Of a stretch of DNA of 64,000 nucleotides, positions 38,706 to 49,100 are shown piece after piece. The notes below the pieces were generated by a model. The model saw only the letters and a program-made list of their open reading frames with translations, did not search any database and was not told the DNA's origin. Position numbers and translations under genes: made by a program. Source of the stretch: Alphaproteobacteria bacterium. Its GTDB lineage: Bacteria; Pseudomonadota; Alphaproteobacteria; UBA828. The number at the start of each line of letters is the position of its first letter. Positions within the stretch are counted from its first letter, which is position 1. The DNA is taken from the NCBI GenBank assembly GCA_965220745.1, contig CBDCQT010000003.1, positions 96,001 to 160,000 on the forward strand. Direction: 5' to 3'.

Positions 38706-39410
38706 ATGAGCGGCGACAGCACGGACACGAAGGACGGCGCGGGGGCCGATCTCGCGGCGCTGCAGTTCGGCGATAGCTTCTTCCCGAGCGGCGCGGTGTC
38801 CTTCTCGCTCGGGCTGGAGACGCTCCATGCCGACGGCATCGTGACGGATGCGGCTTCGCTCGAAGAGTTCCTCACCGACCAGGTGTTGGAGCGCTGGGCC
38901 ACGGCCGAACGTGCCTTCCTTGCCGCCGCCCATCAAGCCTGCCCGGACTGGCCGGCGGTCGCCGAGATCGACGCCCTGCAGGAGGCAATGACCCCGCCGC
39001 GCGAGCTGCGCGAGGGCTCGCGCAAGGGTGGTGCCGCGCTGCTCGGTGTCCACGCGCGCATGGAGACGCCGGGTGCCCAGGCCTACCGCGAACGGCTGCG
39101 CGCCGGCGACGCGCACGGCCATCTCGCCGTGGTCCAGGGCGTGGTGCTCAAGGGCGCCGGCCTCGACCTCGCCCGCACCGAGGCGGTGAGCCTGCACGGG
39201 CACTGCGCGATGATCCTGGGTGCCGCGCTCAGGCTCGGCTTGATCGGCCACCTCGACGGGCAGATCATGCTGCGCGGGCTTAGGCCCCGGATGGCGGCGC
39301 TCCTGGCCGAGCCGGCGCCCGGCCCCGACGAAGCGCGCTCCTACGCGCCGCTCGCCGATGTCGCCGCCGCCCGCCACGAGGAAGCGGCGGTCCGACTCTT
39401 CAGCAACTGA
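38706..39410 (+). CDS. ureF: Urease accessory protein UreF-like
   Basis: LQFGDSFFPSGAVSFSLGLE, AALRL, C-terminal RLFSN. Confidence 0.88.
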   Translation: MSGDSTDTKDGAGADLAALQFGDSFFPSGAVSFSLGLETLHADGIVTDAASLEEFLTDQVLERWATAERAFLAAAHQACPDWPAVAEIDALQEAMTPPRELREGSRKGGAALLGVHARMETPGAQAYRERLRAGDAHGHLAVVQGVVLKGAGLDLARTEAVSLHGHCAMILGAALRLGLIGHLDGQIMLRGLRPRMAALLAEPAPGPDEARSYAPLADVAAARHEEAAVRLFSN

Positions 39411-39425
39411 CCAGGGTGGCCCACA

Positions 39426-40121
39426 ATGCTGTTGACACCGACCGAGATGGAGCGGCTGACGATCTACACCGCCGCCGAGCTCGCGCGAAAGCGCCGAGCG
39501 CGCGGGCTCGCCCTCAACCACCCGGAAGCCGTGGCGCTGATCAGCGACGAGATTCTTGAAGGCGCCCGCGACGGACGCTCGGTGGCGGAGCTGATCGAAC
39601 ATGGCGCCACAATCCTCACCACCGACGATGTCATGCCCGGCGTCGCCGAGATGATGCCGGTGCTGCAGGTGGAGGGCACCTTCCCCGACGGCACCAAGCT
39701 GGTCACGGTCCACGAGCCGATCCGCCCCGGCAAGAGGGCGCGGGACGAAAGCGTGTGGCCGGGCGAGATCATCCCGGCGGAGGGCGAGATCGAGATCAAC
39801 GCAGGCCGGCCGACCGCCACGGTCGCCGTCACCAACACCGGCGACCGGCCGGTTCAGATCGGTAGCCACTACCACTTCTTCGAGGTGAACAGGCATCTCG
39901 ACTTCGACCGCGCAGCCGCCTTCGGCATGCGCCTCGACATCCCGGCCGGCACCGCGGTGCGCTTCGCGCCGGGCGAGACGAAGGAGGTGACGCTGGTCGA
40001 ATTCGGCGGCAGCGGCGAGATGGTGGGGCTCAACGACCTCACTCAGGGCTCGCGGCGCTCCGAGAGCGTCAAGCAGGAGGCGCTCGCCCGTGCCCGCGCC
40101 CGCGGCTTCAAGGGGGCTTGA
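39426..40121 (+). CDS. ureAB: Fused urease gamma/beta subunit
   Basis: [29 protein letters not shown], then [37 protein letters not shown]. Confidence 0.95.
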   Translation: MLLTPTEMERLTIYTAAELARKRRARGLALNHPEAVALISDEILEGARDGRSVAELIEHGATILTTDDVMPGVAEMMPVLQVEGTFPDGTKLVTVHEPIRPGKRARDESVWPGEIIPAEGEIEINAGRPTATVAVTNTGDRPVQIGSHYHFFEVNRHLDFDRAAAFGMRLDIPAGTAVRFAPGETKEVTLVEFGGSGEMVGLNDLTQGSRRSESVKQEALARARARGFKGA

Positions 40122-40124
40122 GCG

Positions 40125-41837
40125 ATGGCACGGATGAGCAGGGCGGAGTACGCGGCGCTCTACGGGCCCACGACCGGCGATTGCGTACGGCTCGGCGACA
40201 GCGAGTTATTGGCCGAGATCGAGCACGACCACGGCGTGCCAGGCGAGGAGTGCCTGCACGGCGGCGGCAAGACTCTGCGGGACGGCATCGGCCTCGTCGC
40301 TGGGCTCGACAGCGCGGCTGGCTCGCTCGACATGCTGGTCTCCAACGCCGTCGTCATCGATCCGGTTCTCGGCATCGTCAAGGGCGACATCGGCATCAAG
40401 GAGGGCCTCATCGCCGGCGTCGGCAAGGCCGGCAATCCGGCGGTGATGGACGGGGTGGACCCCAATTTGCTCTGCGGCGCCGCGACCACGGTGCGCGATG
40501 CGGAAGGGCTGATCGCGACGCCGGGCGGCATCGACGTCCACGTCCACTTTGACAGCGCGCAGCTTTGCGAGCACGCGATCTCGAGCGGCGTCACGACGAT
40601 GCTGGGCGGCTCGCTCGGGCCGATCACCGTCGGCATCGACTGCGGCGGCGCCTGGAACGTCGGCAAGATGCTGCAGGCGGCCGAATCCTGGCCGCTCAAT
40701 TTCGGCTTCCTCGGGCGCGGCAACTCGGCCAAGCCACTCTCGCTGGTCGACCAGATCGCCGGCGGCTGCATGGGGCTCAAGATTCACGAGGACTGGGGCG
40801 CCATGCCGGCGGCGATCGATACCTGCCTCGGCGTCGCCGACGAGATGGACTTCCAGGTCCAGCTCCATACCGACACGCTCAACGAGAGCGGCTTTCTGGA
40901 GGAGACGCTGGCTGCCATCAGGGGCCGCACCATCCACATGTACCACGCCGAAGGCGCCGGCGGCGGGCACGCGCCCGACATCATCCGCATTACCGGCGAG
41001 CCCAACTGCCTGCCGTCGTCGACCAACCCCACCAACCCCTACACGCGCAACACCTTCGACGAACACCTCGACATGATCATGGTCTGCCACCACCTGAACC
41101 CGGCGGTGCCCGAGGACGTGGCCTTCGCCGAGAGCAGGATTCGCGCGCAGACCATCGCCGCCGAGGACGTGCTGCACGATATCGGCGCGATCTCGATGCT
41201 GGGCTCGGACAGCCAGGGGATGGGGCGGATCAACGAGGTCATCTGCCGCACCTGGCAGCTTGCGTCCAAGATGCGGCGCCAGCGCGGCCGGCTCGCGTCG
41301 GAGCAGACCGCCATGGGCGATAACGAGCGGATCAAGCGCTACATCGCGAAGTACACCATCAACGCGGCACGCACCTTCGGCATCGACCGCCACATCGGCT
41401 CGCTGGAGCCGGGCAAGCTCGCGGACGTGGTGCTCTGGCGCCCGGCCTTCTTCGGCATCAAGCCGGAGCTGGTGATCAAGGGCGGCTTCATCGTGTGGTC
41501 GGCGATGGGCGACAGCGCGGCTTCGCTGATGACCTGCGAGCCGTTGCTGATGCGCCCGCAATGGGGTGCCTTCGGCCGGGCCAAGGAGGCGCTGAGCCTG
41601 AGCTTCGTCTCTCAGGCGGCGGCCGATGCCGATATCGACGGCAGGCTCCGGCTGAAAAGCCGCACCGTGCCTGTACAGGGCACGCGCAAGCTCGCCAAGG
41701 GCCACATGCTCCACAACGGCGCCTGCCCCGAGGTGACGGTCGACCCCGAGACCTTCGAGGTGCGGGTCGACGGCGAGCTCGCGACCTGCGAGCCGGCCGA
41801 CAAGCTGCCGCTCGCCCAGCGCTACATGCTGCGCTAG
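40125..41837 (+). CDS. ureC: Urease alpha subunit, divergent paralog
   Basis: [50 protein letters not shown]. Confidence 0.92.
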   Translation: MARMSRAEYAALYGPTTGDCVRLGDSELLAEIEHDHGVPGEECLHGGGKTLRDGIGLVAGLDSAAGSLDMLVSNAVVIDPVLGIVKGDIGIKEGLIAGVGKAGNPAVMDGVDPNLLCGAATTVRDAEGLIATPGGIDVHVHFDSAQLCEHAISSGVTTMLGGSLGPITVGIDCGGAWNVGKMLQAAESWPLNFGFLGRGNSAKPLSLVDQIAGGCMGLKIHEDWGAMPAAIDTCLGVADEMDFQVQLHTDTLNESGFLEETLAAIRGRTIHMYHAEGAGGGHAPDIIRITGEPNCLPSSTNPTNPYTRNTFDEHLDMIMVCHHLNPAVPEDVAFAESRIRAQTIAAEDVLHDIGAISMLGSDSQGMGRINEVICRTWQLASKMRRQRGRLASEQTAMGDNERIKRYIAKYTINAARTFGIDRHIGSLEPGKLADVVLWRPAFFGIKPELVIKGGFIVWSAMGDSAASLMTCEPLLMRPQWGAFGRAKEALSLSFVSQAAADADIDGRLRLKSRTVPVQGTRKLAKGHMLHNGACPEVTVDPETFEVRVDGELATCEPADKLPLAQRYMLR

Positions 41838-41879
41838 GGCGCGCCGCGAGGGAGCCGGGGCACGCGCAGGAGCCGGGAT

Positions 41880-43106
41880 ATGGAGCAAATCCTGCGCGGT
41901 GCCCTGATCGCCGGCGGCGACGGCACCCGCCTCGACATCGGCATCGCGGACGGGCGCATCGCCGAGATCGCGCCCATGATCGAGGCCGACGCGCCGGTGC
42001 TCGACCTGGGTGGCCGCCTGGTGGCGCCTGGCTTCATCGAGACTCACATCCATCTCGACAAGGCCTGCATTCTCGACCGCTGCCGCGCGGAGCGGGGCGA
42101 CCTCGCCGAGGCCATCGACGAAGTGGCGCGGGTCAAGCGGGCGTTCACGGCCGACGACGTGAACGCCCGCGCGCGACGCGTGCTCGATGCCTGCATTGTC
42201 CAGGGCACCACCCACATGCGCACCCACCTGGAGGTCGATCCCGGCATCGGCATGCGCGGCTTCGACGGCGTATTGCCGTTGATCGAGGCCTACCGCTGGG
42301 CGATCGACCTGGAAATTTGCGTCTTCCCGCAGGAAGGGCTGCTCAACAATCCGGGCACCGACGAGCTGATGGTCGAGGCGCTGGAGCGAGGCGCCCGCGT
42401 GGTCGGCGCCGCGCCCTATACCGACAGCGACCCCGCCGGTCAGATCGACCGGGTGTTCGAGCTCGCGCGTGAGTTCGACGTCGATATCGACATGCACCTC
42501 GACTTCGGCGAAAGCGCGGACGAGCTTGACCTTGACCAGGTCTGCAGGCTGACCGAACGCTTCGGCTACGGCGGGCGGGTCACGGTCGGCCACGTCACCA
42601 AGCTCTCGGCCGCGACGCCCGAAAACCTGGCGCAAGTGGCGGATCGCATGGCCGACGCGGGCGTCGCCTGCACCGTGCTGCCCGCGACCGACCTCTTCCT
42701 CATGGGGCGGGGCGATGAGGCCAACGTGCGGCGCGGGGTCACACCCGCCCACCGGCTGCTCGGCCACGGCGTCAACTGCTCGCTCTCGTCCAACAACGTG
42801 CTCAACCCGTTCACGCCCTTCGGCGATTGCTCGCTGGTGCGCATGGCGAACCTCTACGCCAATATCTGCCACGTGGGCGCGCGGTCGGAGATGTTGGACT
42901 GCTTCGACATGATCACGCGCCGATCCGCCCGCATTCTCGGTCTTGACGATTACGGCATCGCGGTCGACAAGGCGGCCGACCTCGTGGTGCTGGACGCGAC
43001 CGATCCGGCAGACGCGGTGGCAGCGATTGCGCCGCCGCTTTACGGCTTCAAGCGCGGGCGCATGACTTTCTGGCGCCCGCCGGCGGAACTCCTCGGGCCG
43101 TCGTAG
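41880..43106 (+). CDS. Cytosine deaminase/AtzC-like metal-dependent amidohydrolase
   Basis: GFIETHIHLDK, AFPQEG-like VFPQEG, DMHLD, GHVTKL, NNVLNPFTPFG. Confidence 0.88.
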   Translation: MEQILRGALIAGGDGTRLDIGIADGRIAEIAPMIEADAPVLDLGGRLVAPGFIETHIHLDKACILDRCRAERGDLAEAIDEVARVKRAFTADDVNARARRVLDACIVQGTTHMRTHLEVDPGIGMRGFDGVLPLIEAYRWAIDLEICVFPQEGLLNNPGTDELMVEALERGARVVGAAPYTDSDPAGQIDRVFELAREFDVDIDMHLDFGESADELDLDQVCRLTERFGYGGRVTVGHVTKLSAATPENLAQVADRMADAGVACTVLPATDLFLMGRGDEANVRRGVTPAHRLLGHGVNCSLSSNNVLNPFTPFGDCSLVRMANLYANICHVGARSEMLDCFDMITRRSARILGLDDYGIAVDKAADLVVLDATDPADAVAAIAPPLYGFKRGRMTFWRPPAELLGPS

Positions 43107-43261
43107 CGCCGCCGCTGGCCCGACGCGACAGCAGCGAAGATTCGGGCAGCACGACCGCTTCGATCTATGGGCGGGCCGATTCGCGGGCGCGCCGGTATAA
43201 TGGAGCGTCCCCCGGTGCGGCCGGGGGTCTCTCGCGCTCATGGTGGAAGAAGGAATCGCCG

Positions 43262-44314
43262 GTGAGGCGCTGGGGTTACATCGCACTCATCGTCGGCATT
43301 GCGCTGGTCATCGGCCTGGTGTGCTTCCAGGGCGCCGGGGACGTGGCGGCTACCGTTGCCGCGGTGAGCTGGGGCATCGTCGTGGTGGTCCTGGTGCGAC
43401 TCGTGCCGATCATGCTGGACGGCTATGTCTGGCGGCTCCTTTTCCTGGAAGGTCATCGGCCGCCGGTGCTGACGGCGCTCTGGGCACGCTGGATCGGCGA
43501 GGCTGTCAACACGCTGGTGCCAGCGTTCCAGGTGGGGGGCGCCGTGGTGCGCTCGCGGCTCTTGGTCATGCGCGGTGTGCCCGGCCGGATCGCGGGTGCA
43601 AGCGTCGTCGTTGACCTCACCCTCAGCACGATCACCCTGCTGTTCTTTACCCTGGTCGGCATCGGCCTGCTAATGGCCCACCACGGCGAAAGCGATATCG
43701 CGCGCGCCATCGGCTACTGCGTTGCGGGCGGGTTCGTGGTCGTCGTCCTGCTCTGCGTCGTCCAGCAACGCGGATTCTTCGGCTGGATCATCCGCCTGGC
43801 GGCGCGGTTCGCCAGGGGCAAGGCGTGGGACAACGCCGTCGGCGGCGCCGAGGCGCTCGACGAGGCGATCCTGGATCTCTACCGACACCGCTGGCTGTTG
43901 GCGGGGAACGCGGCCGGTCAGCTCACAGCCTGGATGCTCGGCGCCGCTGAGGTCTACGCCGCGCTCTACTTCATGGGCTACGAGGTCAGCATCGCCGATG
44001 CGTTGCTGATCGAGAGCCTGATCCTGGCGACGCGCACTGCGGCGTTCTTCGTGCCGGGCGCGCTCGGCGTGCAGGAGGGTGTGCTGGTGCTGCTTGGCGG
44101 CATGATCGGCCTCGGGCCCGAGGTGGCGCTGGCACTTTCGCTGGTCAAGCGGGTCCGCGAGCTGGTGATCGGCGTCCCCGGCCTCCTTGCCTGGCAGGTG
44201 GCCGAGGGCAAGAACCTTCTTAGTCGCAGCGCCCGGCGCGCGGCGGCAGCGTGCGCGCCGGAGCCGCCGGCCCCCGCCGCCTCTCCCACCAGCCGCTCGC
44301 GGGAAGCTCTCTGA
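43262..44314 (+). CDS. Lysylphosphatidylglycerol synthase TM / flippase-like (HpnL-like) membrane protein
   Basis: GEAVNTLVP, VVVDL, FFVPGALGVQEG, ALSLVKRVRE. Confidence 0.82.
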   Translation: MRRWGYIALIVGIALVIGLVCFQGAGDVAATVAAVSWGIVVVVLVRLVPIMLDGYVWRLLFLEGHRPPVLTALWARWIGEAVNTLVPAFQVGGAVVRSRLLVMRGVPGRIAGASVVVDLTLSTITLLFFTLVGIGLLMAHHGESDIARAIGYCVAGGFVVVVLLCVVQQRGFFGWIIRLAARFARGKAWDNAVGGAEALDEAILDLYRHRWLLAGNAAGQLTAWMLGAAEVYAALYFMGYEVSIADALLIESLILATRTAAFFVPGALGVQEGVLVLLGGMIGLGPEVALALSLVKRVRELVIGVPGLLAWQVAEGKNLLSRSARRAAAACAPEPPAPAASPTSRSREAL

Positions 44315-44389
44315 GCGCTCCGCAACCGCGCAGGCCGGGCGCCATCCACCCACCATCACAAGCAACGACGTGTATCCGGAGACCGAACC

Positions 44390-45376
44390 ATGGGCACGAT
44401 GATCGACGGCGAATGGCACAAGGGTGACAACAGGACCGAAGCCGATGGGCGCTTCGTGCGAGCCACGACCTCCTTCCGCAACGCCGTCACCGCCGACGGC
44501 TCCTCGGGCTTCAAGGCCGACCCGGGGCGCTACCACCTCTACGTCTCGCACGCCTGCCCCTGGGCGCACCGCACGATGATCGTGCGCGCGCTGTGCGGGC
44601 TCGAAGATGCCATCTCGGTCTCTGTGGTGGACCCCTACATGGGTGAGGACGGCTGGCACTTCAGCAAAGGCCCCGGCTGCATCCCCGACAGCGTCAACGG
44701 CACCCGCTTTCTGCGCGAAGTCTACAAGCTGGCGCAGGACGACTACACGGGACGGGTCTCGGTGCCCGTGCTCTGGGACAAGCGGGAGCGAACCATCGTC
44801 AACAACGAATCCGCCGAAATCATTCGGATGCTCAACACGGCGTTCAATGGCTGGGGCGACGGCGAGCCGGACTTGTACCCAGCGGCGCTCAGGGACGAGA
44901 TCGATGCGGTCAACGAGCCGATCTACGAGCACGTCAACAATGGCGTCTACAAGACCGGCTTTTCCCGGTCGCAGGCGGCTTACGAGGACGCCTTCGACGC
45001 ACTCTTCGCGACCCTGGACGACCTGGAGGAGAGGCTAGGCACACAGCGCTACCTGGCTGGTGCGAGTATCACCGAAGCCGATTGGCGGCTCTTCCCCACA
45101 CTGGTGCGCTTCGACGCCGTCTATGTCGGGCACTTCAAGTGCAACAAGCGCCGGATCGAAGACTATCCCAACCTGAGCAACTACCTGCGGGAGCTTTACC
45201 AATATCCGGGAGTCGCGGATACGGTGAACATGGCGCATATCAAGGGCCACTATTACGGGAGCCACGTCAGTGTGAATCCCTCCCGCATCGTGCCCAAGGG
45301 GCCGGTACTCGACTTCACGCGCCCTCACGATCGGGACCACCTTCCCGGCGCGACGGTGCGAGCGGCCGGCGAATAA
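44390..45376 (+). CDS. Glutathionyl-hydroquinone reductase (YqjG/ECM4, Xi-class GST)
   Basis: RYHLYVSHACPWAHR, VPVLWD, NNESAEIIRM, NNGVYKTGF. Confidence 0.95.
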   Translation: MGTMIDGEWHKGDNRTEADGRFVRATTSFRNAVTADGSSGFKADPGRYHLYVSHACPWAHRTMIVRALCGLEDAISVSVVDPYMGEDGWHFSKGPGCIPDSVNGTRFLREVYKLAQDDYTGRVSVPVLWDKRERTIVNNESAEIIRMLNTAFNGWGDGEPDLYPAALRDEIDAVNEPIYEHVNNGVYKTGFSRSQAAYEDAFDALFATLDDLEERLGTQRYLAGASITEADWRLFPTLVRFDAVYVGHFKCNKRRIEDYPNLSNYLRELYQYPGVADTVNMAHIKGHYYGSHVSVNPSRIVPKGPVLDFTRPHDRDHLPGATVRAAGE

Positions 45377-45493
45377 CCGGGCCGGGTGCGGCGCGGGGTC
45401 GATTGTCTGCGGCGGCCGGCACGCACTATAGTTGCGCCCGGCGGAGTCGGGCAGCGCGCTACGGGCGGGAGCCGCAGGCGGAGGAGACCAGCC

Positions 45494-45811
45494 ATGACGG
45501 TCAGCGCCGCGAAGTTCGAGGTCGGCCAGGTCGTCCACCACCTGAAATTCGGCTATCGCGGCGTGGTCTTCGACGTCGATCCGTGTTTTCAGGGTACCGA
45601 GGAATGGTACGAGCAGGTCGCGCGCTCGCGCCCGCCCAAGGACAAACCGTGGTATCACGTGCTGGTTCACGATGCGGCGCACACCACCTATGTCGCCGAG
45701 CGCCATCTGGAGCCTGACCGGGAGGGCGGCCCCATCCAGCACCGGCTGCTAGCCCAGCTCTTCGGCGGTTTCGAGAACGGCCGCTACCGTACCGTTCGCG
45801 CCATCAATTGA
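45494..45811 (+). CDS. hspQ: Heat shock protein HspQ
   Basis: AKFEVGQVVHH, YRGVVFDVDP, PWYHVL, YVAERHL. Confidence 0.92.
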   Translation: MTVSAAKFEVGQVVHHLKFGYRGVVFDVDPCFQGTEEWYEQVARSRPPKDKPWYHVLVHDAAHTTYVAERHLEPDREGGPIQHRLLAQLFGGFENGRYRTVRAIN

Positions 45812-45824
45812 GACCCAGGCAGGA

Positions 45825-45900
45825 TTATGCTGCGTTGCAGCAAGATATTCACTTTAGCGTTGAGTTTGTTACAATCAGTTGTTGTTGCGGCGCAGCATAA
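45825..45900. promoter_or_regulatory. Pair of PhaR-like boxes forming an inverted repeat upstream of panB
   Basis: TGCGTTGCAGCA 45831-45842 and TGCGGCGCAGCA 45886-45897; arms 45825-45843 and 45882-45900 are complementary at 16/19 positions. Confidence 0.55.
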
Positions 45901-45953
45901 CGCGCCGGGGCGGCCGTAGGTCGCCCGCAGGGCCTCACCAAGGAGGCAGCGAC

Positions 45954-46793
45954 ATGGCCAACCAACGCCTAGTCCGGCGGCTCACCGTCCGCGATATCGC
46001 CCGCGCCAAGGGGGGCGAGCCGATCGTGAGCCTCACCGCCTACACGGCGCCCGTCGCCCGCATTGTCGACGAAGCCTGCGATTTCATCCTGGTGGGCGAT
46101 TCGCTCGGCATGGTGCTCTACGGGATGGATTCCACGGTCGGCGTCACGGTCGAGGTGATGATCGCCCATGGCCGTGCAGTGGTCCGCGCCACCCGACGGG
46201 CCTGTATCGTCGTGGACCTGCCCTTCGGCTCCTACGAGCAATCGCCCGCCCAGGCCTTCGGCACGGCCTCCCGCATCATGGCGGAGACCGGCTGCGCGGC
46301 GATCAAGCTCGAGGGTGGGGAGGAGATGGCTGAGACGATCGATTTCCTCACGGCGCGCGGCGTGCCGGTACTGGGCCATATCGGTCTGATGCCGCAATCG
46401 GTCAACGCGGCCGGCTTCCAGGTTCAGGGCAGGACCGAGGAGAGCGCACGGCGCATCCTCGCCGATGCGCGGGCGGTCGAAGCCGCAGGCGCCTTCGGCG
46501 TCGTGATCGAGAACACGGTCGAGCTGCTTTCGCGCACGCTGACGCAGGAGCTCGCGGTGCCCACCATCGGAATCGGCGCATCGCCGGCCTGCGACGGCCA
46601 GATACTCGTTACAGAGGACATCGTGGGCCTCGCCGGCGCGTTTACACCCCGCTTCGTCAAGCGCTACGCAGAACTCGGTGACGGGCTTGCCGGTGCCGTG
46701 CAGGACTATGCTGCCGACGTGCGCGCCCGGCGCTTCCCCGGGCCTGAGCACACGGCCAACCTGACGGTGCCCAAGGCGAAATCCGAGGCCTGA
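45954..46793 (+). CDS. panB: 3-methyl-2-oxobutanoate hydroxymethyltransferase
   Basis: [45 protein letters not shown]. Confidence 0.97.
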   Translation: MANQRLVRRLTVRDIARAKGGEPIVSLTAYTAPVARIVDEACDFILVGDSLGMVLYGMDSTVGVTVEVMIAHGRAVVRATRRACIVVDLPFGSYEQSPAQAFGTASRIMAETGCAAIKLEGGEEMAETIDFLTARGVPVLGHIGLMPQSVNAAGFQVQGRTEESARRILADARAVEAAGAFGVVIENTVELLSRTLTQELAVPTIGIGASPACDGQILVTEDIVGLAGAFTPRFVKRYAELGDGLAGAVQDYAADVRARRFPGPEHTANLTVPKAKSEA

Positions 46794-46967
46794 GGACGGC
46801 AAGAGGCTCGAAGCGAGGGCCGGCTTCGCCACACTCCGAACACAAAGATTTGACAAGACCGGCGCTCATGCACAGATCATGCTGCATGGGTTCGAGCGTT
46901 TGGCTGGAGTCGGCGCTCCGGCCGTTGCGCACCCAGCTTCGGCGGTAGGGACGTGAGGAGACGATCC

Positions 46968-47438
46968 ATGCACAAACTGAAATTCGCGGTGCTCGGGTTG
47001 GCGGCGCTGGCGCTCGCTGCCTGCACCGAAACCACCGGCCAGAAGCAAAGCCTCGGCACGCTGCTCGGCGCGGTGGCGGGCGGAGTCGCCGGTTCGCAGG
47101 TCGGCGATGGCCGCGGCAAGCTGGTCGCCACCGGCGTCGGTGCGCTCCTCGGTGCCATGATCGGCAGCGAGATCGGCGAGTCGCTCGACCGCGCCGATCA
47201 GCTGGCGATGGAGCATTCAGCGCAACAGACGTTGGAGACGGCGCCCGTAGGCACGACGAGCACGTGGCACAACCCGGACAGCGGCAACATGGGTACATTT
47301 ACGCCGACCCAGACATACCAGCAGAGCGACGGGACCTACTGCCGCGAGTTCACCCAGACCGTGACGATCGGCAACCGCACGGAGGAAGCCTACGGCACCG
47401 CCTGCCGCCAGCCCGACGGCAGCTGGCAGATCATCTAG
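46968..47438 (+). CDS. Glycine-zipper lipoprotein, Rickettsia 17-kDa surface antigen-like
   Basis: LAAC lipobox, glycine zipper, [25 protein letters not shown]. Confidence 0.92.
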   Translation: MHKLKFAVLGLAALALAACTETTGQKQSLGTLLGAVAGGVAGSQVGDGRGKLVATGVGALLGAMIGSEIGESLDRADQLAMEHSAQQTLETAPVGTTSTWHNPDSGNMGTFTPTQTYQQSDGTYCREFTQTVTIGNRTEEAYGTACRQPDGSWQII

Positions 47439-47543
47439 CACCGGGCTACGCGCCTCGGGGCCGAGCGTTCCGGTCGAATGGTCGATCGGAACGCTCCGGC
47501 CTGAAGTTTTGCGGCGGGAAGATGCTGGTCTTATGATGATTCC

Positions 47544-47795
47544 ATGAGAGAAATTGCCGCGAGAGAAGCCAAGAACCGATTCGGTAATCTGCTGGATGCG
47601 GCGCAGAGTGCACCTGTGCGAGTGACGCGGAAGGGCAGAGCCGACGGTGTGGTGATGTCAGTGCAACAGTACGAGAAACTGCGCGGCGCCGCTTGGGAGC
47701 GCCTGGCAGCGACGGCCGACGCGCTGGGAGAGGAAGCCTCCAAGAACGGTCTAACAGAGGCTCGGCTCGAAGCGCTGATGGCGGATGAAAGTTGA
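47544..47795 (+). CDS. Phd/YefM antitoxin
   Basis: AREAKNRFGNLLDAAQSAPVRVTRKGR. Confidence 0.9.
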   Translation: MREIAAREAKNRFGNLLDAAQSAPVRVTRKGRADGVVMSVQQYEKLRGAAWERLAATADALGEEASKNGLTEARLEALMADES

Positions 47796-48207
47796 ACGGG
47801 TCGTTCTGGATTCGAACATCCTGATCAGCGCCGCGCTTCGACCGAATGGGCCGCCGCGTGCGGTCCTGGAAGCAGTCCGCTCCGAAAATGGGGTGCTGCT
47901 GTTTTCCAATGAGACGTTCAGCGAACTGCGAAGCAGTATCCTGCGTCCCAAGTTCGATCGCTATGTGGGGCGAAAGGGTCGTGAAGTCTATCTGGCCCAG
48001 CTCCACGCCGTCGCCGAGTGGGTATCGATAACAGGTGCTGCGCTGGGCTGCCGCGACCCGGATGACGACAAGCTTCTGGAAACGGCGCTGCTCGGAGAAG
48101 CCGATTGCTTGATCACGGGGGACGGGGACCTTCTAGCAATGTCTCCGTTTCGCCGAATGCCGATTCTATCGCCGTCGGCCTTCGCCTCTCTCCGGGAAGG
48201 CCGATAA
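47785..48207 (+). CDS. PIN-domain toxin
   Basis: VVLDSNILISA, CRDPDDDKLLETA, LITGDGDLL; overlaps the antitoxin. Confidence 0.9.
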   Translation: MKVERVVLDSNILISAALRPNGPPRAVLEAVRSENGVLLFSNETFSELRSSILRPKFDRYVGRKGREVYLAQLHAVAEWVSITGAALGCRDPDDDKLLETALLGEADCLITGDGDLLAMSPFRRMPILSPSAFASLREGR

Positions 48208-48226
48208 AGGGAGTTGGAGGCGGCGG

Positions 48227-49081
48227 TTGGCGCCTGCAGTCCTGGATAGCGTCGCCCGCCTGCGCGAGGCCGTCGCTGCCTGGCGCGCAGATGGCCTGAC
48301 GGTCGCCCTCGTCCCCACCATGGGGGCGCTGCACGAGGGCCACATGGCGCTGGTCCGGGCCGCGCGTGCGCATGGCGGGCACGCGGTGGTCAGCCTCTTC
48401 GTCAACCCGACCCAATTCGCCCCCGACGAGGACTTCGCCCTCTACCCGCGTCAGCAGGCGGATGACCTCGCGAAGCTGGCCGAGGCCGGGGTCGAGGCCG
48501 CGTTCATGCCGCCCACCGAGGCGATCTACCCGCCGGGCTTCGCGACAACGGTGCGGGTGGAGGGCGTCACCGCCGGGCTGGAAAGCGCCTCCCGGCCCCA
48601 CTTCTTCGACGGGGTCGCGACGGTCGTCACCAAGCTCTTGCTCCAGTGCCTGCCCGATGTCGCCCTCTTCGGCGAGAAGGACTATCAGCAACTCGTCACG
48701 GTGCGCCGCCTGGTCGCCGACCTCGACATCCCCTGCCGGATCGAGGCTGTCCCGACCGTGCGCGCAGCGGACGGTCTCGCGCTCTCCTCGCGCAACGCCT
48801 ATCTCTCGGCGGACGAACGCCGGGCCGCGCCAAAAATCTTCGAGGTGCTGAGCTGGATGGCGGCGACATTGGGCGAGGGCACGGCGTCGGCCGATAGCAT
48901 CGCCCAGGGCACGGCCGCGCTCAAAGACGCAGGCTTCGCCCGTATCGACTATCTCGCAATCTGCGATGCAGAAACGCTCGAGCCGGTCGCGCACGTGGAC
49001 GGGCCGGCCAGGGTGCTCGCCGCCGTCTGGCTGGGCGAGACGCGATTGATCGATAATGTGCCGGTGAGCCCCGCCGGCTGA
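48227..49081 (+). CDS. panC: Pantoate-beta-alanine ligase
   Basis: VPTMGALHEGH, FVNPTQF, RPHFFDGV, FGEKDYQQ, DGLALSSRN, RLIDN. Confidence 0.97.
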   Translation: MAPAVLDSVARLREAVAAWRADGLTVALVPTMGALHEGHMALVRAARAHGGHAVVSLFVNPTQFAPDEDFALYPRQQADDLAKLAEAGVEAAFMPPTEAIYPPGFATTVRVEGVTAGLESASRPHFFDGVATVVTKLLLQCLPDVALFGEKDYQQLVTVRRLVADLDIPCRIEAVPTVRAADGLALSSRNAYLSADERRAAPKIFEVLSWMAATLGEGTASADSIAQGTAALKDAGFARIDYLAICDAETLEPVAHVDGPARVLAAVWLGETRLIDNVPVSPAG

Positions 49082-49100
49082 CGGCGCCCTCTACGGAGGA

